From: Haplodiscus bocki
Taxonomy: Eukaryota
Reading direction: 5' to 3'
DNA: 64,000 nt
Assembly (NCBI GenBank): GCA_965655095.1
Contig: OZ296656.1
Coordinates: forward strand, 70,990,001 to 71,054,000
Of this stretch, positions 38,161-50,599 are shown piece after piece. Both the position numbers and the translations under genes were made by a program. Below the pieces are notes generated by a model, which worked only from the letters and a program-made list of their open reading frames with translations, did not search any database and was not told where the DNA came from. The first letter of the stretch is position 1, and every line of letters starts with the position of its first letter.

Positions 38161-41100
38161 CTCCACAAGCAGAGTTCATCTCGAACTAGGATCAGCCCAT
38201 CGACAAGATATGGAAACTTGAATAGGCCAAAAAGGCGTGTCAAATGATTGTCTTACAGTGCCCACAGTGTTTCGGAACATTTCTGTATTTTTGAACGAAA
38301 GAGCATTACCAAAACACTCGAAATTAGTTCTTTTGAAAATTTTTGACGTTTAAAGGAAATTGGGGGCATCAGGAAAACTTCGAATTTGGTGTTTTTTCGA
38401 AAATAGTGTTCTTCTAGGACGACCTTCTACATAATTTTAGGAGTTTTCGGTATGTGCATAAAGCGTTTTTTTTGTCTCAGTGTAGTGCAAAATGTCGTGG
38501 GGATAATGTTTTGAGCTCAAAAACTTTGGGTGCAGAAAAATTCCGGTAAAATAAAGGTAGAGGTATCACGAAATTTCTCGGAAAACAAAATGGCACAACA
38601 CTGAAATATTTCGCAGATAGTAGTCCCCTTTACTGTTTCGCCACATTTGACCCTCCATAGCACAATTTCGTTCGAAAAAAAATGTCGCCATTATAATTTC
38701 CCGCAAAATTCAAAATACTATGCGCAAAAATTCATATAATCCCGTCGTCTGAAGGGCAAGCATTTATCTGATAAAGCTACTTACGATCAGAAAAAAATCG
38801 CACCGCATACGCGTTCGAAACAGTTGCTATCACAAGTGTTACACAGTGCCAAAACTGCGCTTCGCAACACTCGTGAGACTACCGAACCAATTGCAAGCCG
38901 AGTTAGAAAAAAAAACAGATTTTGATGTCCAATTCTTACATCACAACTAACAGGAAGCAAACAAAACAACGCTGAATTAGTTAGCAAAAGAACAAAACAA
39001 GGAACGATCTGAACTTGATAACGAGAAAATCTACGCCTTCTTTAAACAAGCACGGCACAATAACACTCATGAGATCAAAAATAGTTTCCTAGAAAACACC
39101 TTTGACGATAGATGCAACTCAAAACTTTGATTCTCTAATTTCAAGTTACGAGTCGATAACATAAAATCCACCGAAGACATAAAATGCAGGTTGTATTGTG
39201 TGAACAGAAACTGGCGGAAGGAAAGAAGTCCATCGGCGGGATTCAACTATGGCCAAACAGAATGGAAAAGTAAATCAGTCCGGCAGTCGTAGCCACGAAA
39301 GCTATTATTCGTTCAAACGTGAATTACCAACGTTCCACCGCTTGCGGATTAACGTCCGAAGCGATTTATTACGCGGATTTATTCAGAGAGTATCTAGGCG
39401 AATGCATACTGACATTTCAAAAATTAAAAGAATAAAACAATTACAATTGAAAGGTAAGTAGCGGACAATTGTTTCGAGAACTATGTTTGCTAATAGATCG
39501 TCAAATGATTAGTTTTTGGGGGTAGTCACTTTGCTGGTGTAATCTCACATGTCACGAACGTAGGAAGAGTGACCTGCAATTTTGGGTTGATTGACAATCC
39601 AAGTTAAAGGGTTCAGTGTTCAGATTTTAAGCCACAAATTGTGCTCTGAGAGAACCTGTGCACTCATTTGCTGGCATCTACACTATGAACGACACTGAAC
39701 CAATGATTCGATTATATTCTTGCTCAGTGTTTTACCTTATCAATTCCAACTATAAAAAATACCAGGCAGAAGAGAAGCAATGAAAAAGTCGGTATGAAGT
39801 TTGGTATCCAAGAGGAAAGGACGCCATCGAGTTCCTCGAACTTGCTCTGTGGCCAGAGGAGGTACTTGGTGGCACTGGAACTTGTTTAGCACAGAGCTGT
39901 GCCACAGCAAGTTGTGAGACGAGTGGACCACGGGTCGAGAATGGACTGCGTCCTTATTGCCAGACTGGAGCTTTACTTGTGAAGGGGAGTAGACTGTCTG
40001 GGGGAAAAACTGAAATCTACTTCGTAAGTGATCTGTTTGACTTCTGCCCAGCATTTTCAAAAACTACCTCATTCAAATATAAGAATTTTGAACTCGTGGT
40101 GCAAAATGGAGTAGCTTTCATATGACTTTCCATCTTTTCATTATTTATCAGTTTAACGCTTTGTAATATTGATTGATGAAAACTTTTTCATGTTCGCTCG
40201 TCGGTATTTTTGTCAGCTTAGACGTTGTTTTCTAATGTGTGAAAATTACTGTCGTTTAAAACAACAAACGAATCGTTTTTCGGGAGATTTCATGACTGCC
40301 TACTTTCTCCCGAATTTGGCGATGTCAGTTGTCTCCTGGAGTTCTCGGAACGCGGGGAATCCACCCCTCCCCCCGCGACAAGTAGTCAAGGCCAATTCAG
40401 TACAAGATCGGTCGGTAAAGAACGTAGATTGTGTTTCAGAAGGTTGTTGTCCAGACTGTACGTGACTACATTAGGTATTGGTCTGTCATATTAACATTCG
40501 ACGTTGCTCGAACTCATTGTTTCCCGGACGTGAAATCAAAGCATTCCGAATTAGCAATCATTAAACCCATCACAACCTAAATTTCTGAAAACTCTTCTGA
40601 AAATCCTAATCGGAAAGAGACTGAACACAACAGAAACATATGTCACATATTAAACCATAGAACAAGAGCCAAAAATCATCAACTCTAAATTGATAGATCC
40701 GATCCTCAAAGCCCAAAGTACTCAACTGGCTAGCTCGAAACCCAAAGATCACAGTATCACAGAGCTCGGCTGCCTCTCTCCAACTATCGGTGTGGTTTGT
40801 GAATGGGACTCACTAACCACATAGCCGATCCTAAGCATATCCAAGGTAAATCAGCTCGTGAAAATTTCACTGATCTTTAAACGCACCAGAGCTAAAAATG
40901 TAACCAACTTAGGTTCTTGTTTGTCACACATCCAACGAATTGAAACCAGACTTAGCCTGCATCACTAGAACTCAATTCTCCGTGTGAAGTCAAAACTCAA
41001 ACCTCAGTGAAGTTAGATTTCATCATCACTCATTGCCGATGAAGACATGTAAGCATTCAATGAGCGTCACTGCCTGCCCAAATTCTTCCTGGAAACAAAG

Positions 41101-41749
41101 GAAGTCTGCTGCCTTCAGAAAATCATTGACAAGAACAAGCCTTATCAATCAAGTTAGATCTTGTGAAAACCAAAAGTATTCCAGATTTGGGAAGAGAGTA
41201 CCAACCGTATTACGTATTGACAAAACAGGTTTGAAAACCGAAAACCACCATCAAGTTGAAGACTACGCCAGGATTTACGGCTTTCGGTCCTCCCCGAGCA
41301 TACGTAATCAAAAACAAGACAATAGTCTCGTATTAAGATCACAGTCACAAATTATTCTGTGTTGGTGGACCAGTGTCCGTGGAAAGTTTTTTAGATGAGC
41401 TCAAGTTGTTGCCTCTTTAAACGGGGTAAACCAGTTCGTTGCGTTCGCAGAAGTGCCTCACAAATCTCCAGGCTCAGTATCAATTGAAGGAAACCGTAAT
41501 GCTCTGTGTTCCTACAGTTGTAGTGAAATTGAAAAAATTTCATTGTTTTCCATGATCAATCGATTCGGATAAATTTCCTAATACAGCGTTGACAGCCATG
41601 TTCATAAGGTAGAGTCATTCCTGCCAAGCTAGTACGAAACGACGAATTTTACAAGAAGTGTTCTCCGGAACCAACTTTGTAAAGGTTTTCAGTCGAAACA
41701 GTTCAGTCCTCTGAAAAACTGTTCCTTGCAAAAGAAATTCACTCACAGA

Positions 41750-42500
41750 AAAAACACTTTAAGAAAATTTTGGAACAAACTTTCAAAAACATTTTCTGGG
41801 ATTCTCCAGAAAATAGGAAGAGCTTTAGAGTAAAGTAGTCCAAACGTTTGATCAATCATCTCTGTAATTCTTGACCCACTCCTCGGTAAAAAATTGAGGA
41901 AATGAAGTAACATCGGTAAAAACACGTGAAAGAACGTTTGCTTTTGGTGATGTATCAAGAAGTAAATGTCCATATGGAATCGATGTAGCATCAGCATACC
42001 ACATCAATAGAATAATACCCAAACCAAATTTTCTTCCTCGTACAGCAATTTGTTGAACTTCGCGTGGTGACATGAACAGCTGATTGAGTGTATTTTGCAA
42101 CTGTGTCCCTTCCTTTTTTTAAAAAAAGAGATGATGTTTTTAATATATGCAATTGAGTTTCCGATGTTTTCCTTAAAGGTAATTTCTGAGACTGTCTAGG
42201 TATAGAAATGTCGTAGCCAGACTCGACAAAAATGAGTGAAAAGTTGGTTCCATCATCTGGAAAGTTCTCGACCAAATTAGGATCTACAATACCAATTAAG
42301 TTAACATTGCTTATTTCTTTTAGCATTTCGCCGTACGATTTCTGAAAGAACTGTTAAAAGTAGAGAAGTTTAGCGAAGGCTGGGGCAAATTTTCCCCTTT
42401 TCAACAGTTGAAAATTTAAATGGTACATTCCAGATGCTGCTGGTCCGACAAAGGACAATATTACTGGTTCTACGCTTGAGATAATTTGGGCCATTTTTGA
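41750..42500 (-). pseudogene. A32/FtsK-like viral DNA-packaging ATPase, frameshifted
   Basis: SFVGPAASG (Walker A relic), FAKLLYF, NFSLIFVES (Walker B relic), LFMSPREVQQI, WYADATSIPYGHLLLD. Confidence 0.85.
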
Positions 42501-42778
42501 ATAAACATTTTGGAATCGGTAGAATAAAAACGACATTACTCGACAGCAGCACAAACTCTTGATAGAAAGATAAAGACTACGGAAGCAAAAATATAATATT
42601 TTGAATTGTAAATAAACTCGCTGATCGAGACCACTTCCATTCACACGCTCCAGGGCGCAAGTTCGTCACTAGCAGCGTTGGAAACTATCTCCTCACCAAA
42701 ACTTTGCGAAGCTCCTTCCGGTTGTTTTGCCAAACACAGCGAGGTTGCCTGACAAATTAAACTTTGTTCATGTAGTAA

Positions 42779-43100
42779 CTACCTCAACCTTCTCCCGGTC
42801 TTCAAAAGCTCATATATCGAATTTCCATCAACAACTTTTGGGAAGCAACAATGGAAGATGCCTGTGATATGTCCAAGGAAGCCTGTGTCATATGGGTCTG
42901 GAGAGCGTGTTCCCAACACATGAAAGTACCCGGGTCCCTCATCATGGTATCTATTCATGAAACCACACGCATCATCATGCACGGCATGCATCCACGGAAA
43001 TTTTGAGGAAAAAATGTGTGCTCGAGTTGAGAGTCATTTACTCGAAACAGAGCATCCAAAGGAGACTTCACATTAACATCATACAAGTCAAAATGAGAAC
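42779..43100 (-). pseudogene. Phospholipase A2-like ORF of adintovirus/Polinton type
   Basis: HAVHDDACGFM..GPGY..FLGHITGI, adjacent to the ATPase. Confidence 0.5.
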
Positions 43101-46100
43101 TGATACATTTACAAGCGGCGAGGATGTAATTTTTGCCCTTAAAAAATTAGAAAACGTTCGATCTGGAGTCATTTTCTACTATAAATCAGGGAAGTTCGGT
43201 ATTTGTATTATCGAACTGATTCGATCAATATTCGGAAGGACTGTTGTTCATCCCCATCGCATCCACTTTTTCTCCAAAGTCGAGAATATCCTGCAGACGA
43301 AAACAGTTTACCTGTTTGCTGATGGAACGAACTCAATTGTACGTTTGCAAAATTGAACGACATTGAGAGAATTCTGCATGAAAAAATCTTTGATCAATTT
43401 TCTATTTCCATTCTTAATTAAAAATTAGCGAAAAACATTTCCACTATAGAGTTCAAGTAACTTTGTCGATTCAAGTTAACTCAGTTGGATTAGGGTCTCA
43501 CAATTATTACAGTATCCTTTGATCTCGACAAATCCTCCACTTGTTCCAATTCTGAAATGAAGTTCGCTCATTTCATGAGGTAACATAACTTTTGACATCT
43601 GAACTGCAACCATTTCCCAAAAGTTAAACTGATTCAATTGAAGAGCGACTAATAACAAATATTAATCTTCAAGTGTTCAGCAAGAAGTTTAAGCAAGAAA
43701 TGTCGGAAAATGTGTTGATCAAGTCAATTATTGTTACGGTGTAGTGTTTCGCCCACTAAAGTCTGCATCAGCTCCACGTGGGATTTCAGTTTGCATTCCA
43801 AATCTGAAATTTACAACTTCTTTGCGGGTGAAGTTGTTTGCAACTCCAAATCGTATGAAATATTGCCGTTGAATGTATGAATGATTAAAATTTCCTCTAT
43901 CATACGCAGTGAGAGATGCACACACTTTTCGTCTGGCTGTCTTGTAACTCCCAAAGCTTGTCACAAGGCTCTCGGTGCTCGAGAAGGCTTGAATATTCAG
44001 AAAACTGTGATTGACTTGTTGTCACAAATTCTTTCCCTTCCAGGGACTACTGTGACTCCAGAACACTCAGAAATCAACTCCTGGCTTCACCAACAGTTTC
44101 GTCAAGAGAAAAAAACTGTCCGCGTCCCGCAAATTGAAAGAATATTCGACAGGAGATAAATCATCTGTCCCATATTCTTTGAAAACTTTCACACGAACCC
44201 AATTACCTGGATCGTTTTCTGAAACTTCAACGTTGGGAACTGCAATCCGTAAAACTCATTCTGGTACACAGGGAAAATCATAGTATTTCTGTGATAACTC
44301 TGCATCTACTGAAAATGATTTTTGACCATATTTGCCGGCACGGAAATTCCAAATGTTGTCTTGAATTCAGTAGTATCCACCAAGGAAAAAAATTGTTGGT
44401 GAGGTTTAACTTATGAGGTTCTCTAAGTATTGGCACAAGTTGAAAGCAAAATTTGGAGAATTATTTGAAATTGTGGCACTCCAAAACTCTAGAGAGGTTG
44501 CTCCTCCCACATTTTCTTTACTTGCTCAAGTTTCGTTACCATTGTTTTTCTGTGAAATTGTAAGTTTCCTTTTCATTGATAAATTCAACTTTTCAAATTT
44601 TCAGCGAATGTAGAACAATATTGTTTGTCAGCTTTCAGCTCCTAATGATTGAGAAAATTCCCGAGAAATTCTTCGACTAACCAAAGGAGTCGAGATTTGT
44701 TTTTCTCAACATTGATACGTCAACGACTCCGGTCGGGAGCAACGACCGTACGATGACGGATTTCACTAGCTCCCCATCCACCGATTATTAGCTCTCGTGG
44801 CGCCGCGGATACGAACGCCTGACGGATTTACTTTTCCACTCCGTTCGCGCAGGTTCGAATCACGCTGACGGACCTTTCCTCCCCCTTCTTCTCACACATT
44901 ACTACTTTTGCAAATTCTACTGTTTGTGTAGGGCCTGAAAAAAAGTGCACTGTCATACCATTAAAACTATGATGAAACTCGATTTTCAAAAACACAAAGC
45001 TGCCGAAATAGGCAACTGCTGCTTTGTCATACTTGAAGGTTCGAACTATTCTAACACTAGATCGAATTCCAATGAGGCCGTCATCGTAGAAAAGCCTACC
45101 GACAAGTTTTCAACAGCTCATTACTGGGAATAAACGACAAATAGATGTCGTGCTGAGCAACAATACCGAAATTTTCTTAAGGCATTGGTTGATAATTGGC
45201 TCATTCACCTCCACTAATTGCACCACCTACCTTGTCAATGCAAAATCCTTAGACGCAGCTGGCACAACATACATTGCATAAAGAGAAAACTAGATACGGA
45301 TTTCAACATCGTCGCATCTGCCAAAGCCGACTCTGACCCTCCGTTTTCACATTAAAAAAACCATTCTTCAGCGTTGTTTCAGCTATGTCAACACATTACT
45401 GAAACTTCGGTACGCAAAGCTTTTGGTTTCGTTTGAATTGTTTATTCGGAAAAAGACGAGACACGGGCCGTAACATGCTCCTGGGCATAATTTGCTCCTT
45501 GGGTATCGGGTCACATTTATAATTTGATAGAAAGGCCTGATACATTTATCAGGCTAATGCACAAGAAAAAGGAAATCTATCACACACCAGGAAGTTAGCC
45601 AACCAAGGCAAAGATACAGGATGCTGTGATCTTGACAAGAAGTATTACGAAAAAGACCATCATCAATGCTCCGTTCTCCAAAAGTCAAAAACACTTCAAA
45701 GGCAAATGAAAACGTCGCCCTTTCTATCAGAAATGCAGCTCTAAAATGAAAGCAACAACTGATTTCCAGCAATGTCAAATACTTACAGCACACTTCTCAT
45801 CAGTCTATAAGCAGACTCTTCATCAGAAGAACAATACCTCATCTTAAATGACATTTTTTTGAAAAAAACTTTCCCTAAAATGTTTCTCTCAACACGTCGG
45901 AATCAGTTTTGAGAACATCAGTTGTTGTTTGAAATTGTGCTTTCCAAGCTAAAAGCGAGCATGCTCTCGCGCTACGGTGCCCATGTTTTTGCTGAAGTTC
46001 TCAGCAATTTCGTTTTCGAGCCACTTCTGACTCACCGTCGACCGAAAATATCGCAGGGCTGCTGCGCCTCTTGTAAATATAAATTTATCTTGATGAATTC

Positions 46101-46802
46101 AAATAGAATTGTATTTTCTCCAAATTACAACATCTCGTTCCTTTCTTGTTTGATTATTTTAATATTTCATGTTATTTAAAGATGATGATGGACTCATGAT
46201 GAACTCATGTCCGCAATATTTTCACGATTTCAAATAGTGACTTTTTATTACTCAATTAAACATTTCGGATTACTACATTCGAGTGTTTTTAAGCATGTTT
46301 CCGAAAAAAAAACACTTTGAAATGGTCGCAGGACCAAACCGGAAGAGACCATTTGAACAAATTTAATGAAGGTATTTGAGCTCATCCTTCAAGGTGAGTA
46401 GAGAAGCTAGAAATTCATTAGACCAAGCCAACAAATGTTTGTCTCAATCTACCAAAGAAAGAACAATTTTACATAGAATAATTTCTTATCAGCTTATGGT
46501 TATCAGCTCAACAACCGAGCATAATAGAGCACAAGCTGCATATTTTTAGAAGAGAAATCAATTCGAGAATATTTCCAGCTAAAGGCGTAACCACATTGAC
46601 ATGTCTTTCACAATGCAATAAGGTTCTAACAATTAAGTAATAGAATTAGATTTCTTTATTTCAGCTCTTTTTATTGAATTTTTGGCTGTACAGTTCTTCA
46701 ATTAGAAGTTTTGATACATTTATATAATAACTAGAAGAATGAAAAAAAACCGAAAAATTAGCAATATAGCAAATGTTTACATTTTTGTGAATCTCGTATG
46801 CT

Positions 46803-47663
46803 TCAATGACTCAGCTGTGCACCTTTTATAAAGGGTAGTCCGGAGGGTACTGTCGCCTTGTACTTGATATAATCGTAACCAAAGAAGTTTATTAACGTAA
46901 ATTCTTCCTCTTCCACGCGGTCTACGAAGAACTCGAAAGCAGCATATGCAAAAAGTACCACACAAAAAGGGTTTCTGAGCATAATTTGACTTCCGACAGC
47001 AAACATGCTCCAACCTGTATAAGTGGGATGTCGAATAACTCCGTAAACACCAGTTGTGACTAGTTTGTGGTTCGCTCTTTTCTGAGATTGAATCAAATGA
47101 GTGAAGTTGGAGCCCGCTTGAATCATAGCGGTTTTGCGAAGCATATCACCAGCAACTGCTATACAAAGACCCACGCAAAACAAACTTTTCGTTGATTCTT
47201 TCATTGTCGGTATAATATAGAGTTCCACGAGATATTCAATGACACTGACGAAAAAAGCGGCAATGTATTGGTGACTCTGGTTGAGTAAAAAGGAACTGAG
47301 GCTTAATGAAAAGGGGTGAAAAACCGAAGTCAAGAGGAATTCCAAAAAGTGAAAGGAACACATTAATCCGATGTACACATACAAAGGTATCAGCGTTGGA
47401 TAGTTTTGAACTACTGAAGATTTGACAGCAAAACTCATCCAACAGCCTAAGAAAGCCGAAACAACAATGACGTCAACTCTGAATGACAATGAACGATAAT
47501 GGATTGATATGGTCGCCACAGATAGAGAACACAGGATGATCCAATCAAAAGCATCGACAAGGTGAGGGAGGTAGGAGCTGGAGAGCCCGATCGGATGATT
47601 CACACACCAGAACGAGATGAAACTGGACAGAAAAGTAAACAAGCATACGATGTAGCACTTCAT
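46803..47663 (-). CDS. ICMT: Protein-S-isoprenylcysteine O-methyltransferase, 286 aa, uninterrupted CDS
   Basis: Multi-pass hydrophobic ORF with FHFLEF, SFLLN.S, LRKTAM..AGSNFTH, HKLVTTGVY..RHPTYTGW, RVEEEE, VPSGLPFI. Confidence 0.97.
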   Translation of the reverse strand: MKCYIVCLFTFLSSFISFWCVNHPIGLSSSYLPHLVDAFDWIILCSLSVATISIHYRSLSFRVDVIVVSAFLGCWMSFAVKSSVVQNYPTLIPLYVYIGLMCSFHFLEFLLTSVFHPFSLSLSSFLLNQSHQYIAAFFVSVIEYLVELYIIPTMKESTKSLFCVGLCIAVAGDMLRKTAMIQAGSNFTHLIQSQKRANHKLVTTGVYGVIRHPTYTGWSMFAVGSQIMLRNPFCVVLFAYAAFEFFVDRVEEEEFTLINFFGYDYIKYKATVPSGLPFIKGAQLSH

Positions 47664-47966
47664 TTCTAAAAAAAAATTTTGAAATATGACAATATTCTAG
47701 AGACAAAACAATTTTTCAACTGCTTAAGTATTCAAATCAACAGTGTAAATAGAAAATCTTTTCATTATCCATAGAACAACAAATACAATCAAAAATTAAC
47801 TAAGAGATCTGCAAAAAATGCCAAGTGCGCATTGGTAGAACTAATTGAAACAACTATGTTTTTCATCTGCACACGGACGGATTTATCTTCAACAACATTC
47901 AATCACACTCCGTGGTCTCGAAAGAGTGCCATGAAAAATTGGCAAACTTTTACTGAGTAAAAGATT

Positions 47967-48700
47967 AACAAGACGGCCAGATAGCACCGGCATATTTTTC
48001 GCAGGAACACAAATATTTTGATCAACATTTGCCCACAGTTAAAAACGAGACTACTGTTTAAAATCTAGTTTGCGAAACTTTTCTACAAACATCAATTCCA
48101 CCACTGATTTCTATATTCTATGCAAGACTTTTTGCTCAAAATTTTTTGTCTCACAGTGCCAAAAGTTCCGTAGGGGGGAATCCTTTACCGTTTCAATAAT
48201 TTCGGGTATCGAAAAAATTTGGATGGGGGGAAACTATCAAGATTTTCCATCGAAAATTTTTTGTCTCACAGTGCCGAAAAATTTCGTAGGGGAACACTTT
48301 AGAGTTTCACTAATTTCGGGTAACGAAAATTTTATGTTTCACAGGGTTATATCACGATTTTCTGTCGAAATTTTTTTGTCTCACAGTGCCGAAAAATTTC
48401 GTAGTGAACCCTTCTGTGCTGTGTTTCAGAAAATTTCCTGTAGCGAAAAAGTTTATGGATAAGAGGGGGGGTAGTATCAAGATTTTCTGTCAAAATATTT
48501 TTGTCTCACAGTGCCGAAAATTTCCGTAGGAGAATCCTTTACTGTTGCATTAATTTCGGGTATCAAAAAAATTTGGATAAAAGGGCGGTCGGGAATATCA
48601 AGATTTTCCGTCGAAAATCTTTTGTCTCACAGTGCCAAAAAATTTTCGTAGGGGAACCCTTTCGCGTTTCACTAATTCCGAGTTTCGAAAAAGGTTAGGT
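47967..48700 (+). repeat. Interspersed element with five ~115-125 bp internal tandem units
   Basis: GTCTCACAGTGCC at 48148, 48263, 48378, 48503 and 48624; a decayed relative lies near 38250-38780. Confidence 0.85.
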
Positions 48701-48899
48701 ACAAATCGTAAAAAAGTTTTGGCTGTTGTCCTAACCCTACTGCTGTCATTTTTTTTTGAAAAAAAAGAGTTGGCAGTTTTGCCTTGAAAAAGAAAGAAAA
48801 TCGACCCTACTGAATGAATAACTTTTCTTGTATATTACATATACTGCAGAAATTAACAATCGAAAATCGGATTAGGAAGAACCATTTCGCAGAAATCAA

Positions 48900-50318
48900 T
48901 GAGAAAATGTTGTAATCCATGATAAAGTTGACAAAATAAAGGTTCTGCGAGACATTTGAACAATAAACAGAAACACGGTTGACAGTACTAGAATATTACA
49001 ACATCTATTAATCGAAAGTTTTTTTCCAAAAAGTCTAATTGATACCGCTAACTTATCACAGTGTTTCACAATCAAAAAACTTCATTTCTCAATCATGTAT
49101 AAAATTCTCAAATCTGCAGCACACTCCTGAAAAGATTCATCCAGTAAACAACGCTAAACTAAATAACCTTTACTAACATGCCCGTGTCAAACGCAACAAT
49201 AGCTACAGAGAAACTGTATGATAGTGATTGTGTGGAACCGCCTCCAATGCTTGAGAATACCTTCAAAACGTTACTTGAGGTAGTGTCCATTGAAGTCCTT
49301 TTTTTCTGACATGGATGGAGCCTTCTTTCGACAGAGAGACGGAGTCGCGATGGGATCCCTGTAGCTCCTCTGCCGGCTAACAATTTCTGGCCCAATACGA
49401 TGACGAACTGTGATCCAATTGAAGGATATATTTTCGCTATGTGGATGATGTCATCAGGTCACTGATAACTAGTGGAAAACAAATCATCTTGGATTCTGTT
49501 AACACTTGTCACAGCAACCGGACATTCAATCTTGAAGAACCAAGTTTACACGGACTACCTTTCCGTGACCTTTCGATGACCAAGATCAACAGTAAAAACG
49601 TATCGACTTGGTATCGGGAAAGCACAGACACTGGTGTTATTTTGAATTTCAACTATAATGTTCCCATGATTTCTTTAACCCGAATCGTATCTGGCTTCGT
49701 CCATCGGATTTTCAATGCCTGTTCAAACTGGGAAGAACTTAGCAAAAGTTGGGCGGAACCAGAAAAGACAATAACTAGCAACCAATATCCTAAACAATTC
49801 AATCCGAACAAAAACTAAACAATATCCTCACAAAGATATTTTCTAAGGGACAATCGAAAGACCACAACATCATCTCACAGAAGACCAATCCGACACTAAA
49901 GTTTTGGCTATCGTTAGATTACCGGGAAAAATCTACACAACACTGTGCGTTCAAACTGAGAAAAGTGCCGGTTTCCATGAAAATAGTCTTCACTACGAAC
50001 AAACTGAGAAATGTAATCTCAAACCTGAAAAGCGCTGTTCCGTTTGTCCTGAAGTCTCGTGTTGTGTTTAAAATTACGAATCTCAAATGTCATAAGACGT
50101 ATATCGGTCAGGCAATCCGACACAATTCAATAAAAGCAAAAGAACACGCTGCAAAAGGTACCCCAGTCCACACACAAATCAACCAATGTGAATCCGCCGT
50201 TTCAATTGAAGGTTTTGGAGTTTTAGATGGCGCGAGAAACCAAAAATTACTGTTAACACTGGAAACTCAATACATTCGTCAACAAAAACCGTTACTGAAA
50301 ACGAAAGACAAGTTTTGA
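48900..50318 (+). mobile_element. Penelope-like retroelement (RT plus GIY-YIG endonuclease), degenerate
   Basis: Frameshifted DGVAMG..PLPAN, YFRYVDD, LPFRDL, WYRESTDTGVILNF, then VVFKITNLKCHKTYIGQ and LETQYIRQQKPLL. Confidence 0.9.
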
Positions 50319-50482
50319 TGCCGGTTTTTATCCTATGTCTTCTAAGACGAAGAAACCCCCCAGGCATGACAGTCATAAATTTCATATATTTCTAGCACTA
50401 CACCTGATGTTCAAAGATCCTTTCTCGTTGAAAAAATTGAAAATTTTTACGTACAAAAATTGTTACAGATGTGTTAAATGGA

Positions 50483-50522
50483 AGCACTGCTGATGATTTG
50501 AAATAAGCGAAAAGCTTTTGCT
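50483..50522 (+). ncRNA. Degenerate minimal hammerhead ribozyme relic
   Basis: AGCACTG-CTGATGA-12nt-GAAA-AGCTTT-TGCT: core boxes, palindromic stem III (AAAAGCTTTT) and partial stem I, just 3' of the Penelope ORF. Confidence 0.5.
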
Positions 50523-50599
50523 AAATACTTTGTTCTTAATATCTCCAAATAAACGATAGTAGTTGTCTCAAACGATATATAAAATGAAATTATTGCTCT

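Larger units (their letters stand above)
39500..44900 (-). mobile_element. Decayed Polinton/adintovirus-like segment
   Basis: Co-oriented broken ORFs around a recognisable packaging ATPase and a PLA2-like ORF; the flanking ORFs are unidentified and the boundaries approximate. Confidence 0.6.

Noticed and set aside
44950-45870. Possible additional LINE RT remnant (VRKAFGFV)
   Set aside because: Only one weak motif; insufficient support.
48140-48700. Regular repeats resembling a CRISPR array
   Set aside because: The intervening sequences are homologous to each other, there are no cas genes, and the context is eukaryotic; this is a minisatellite within a repeat element.
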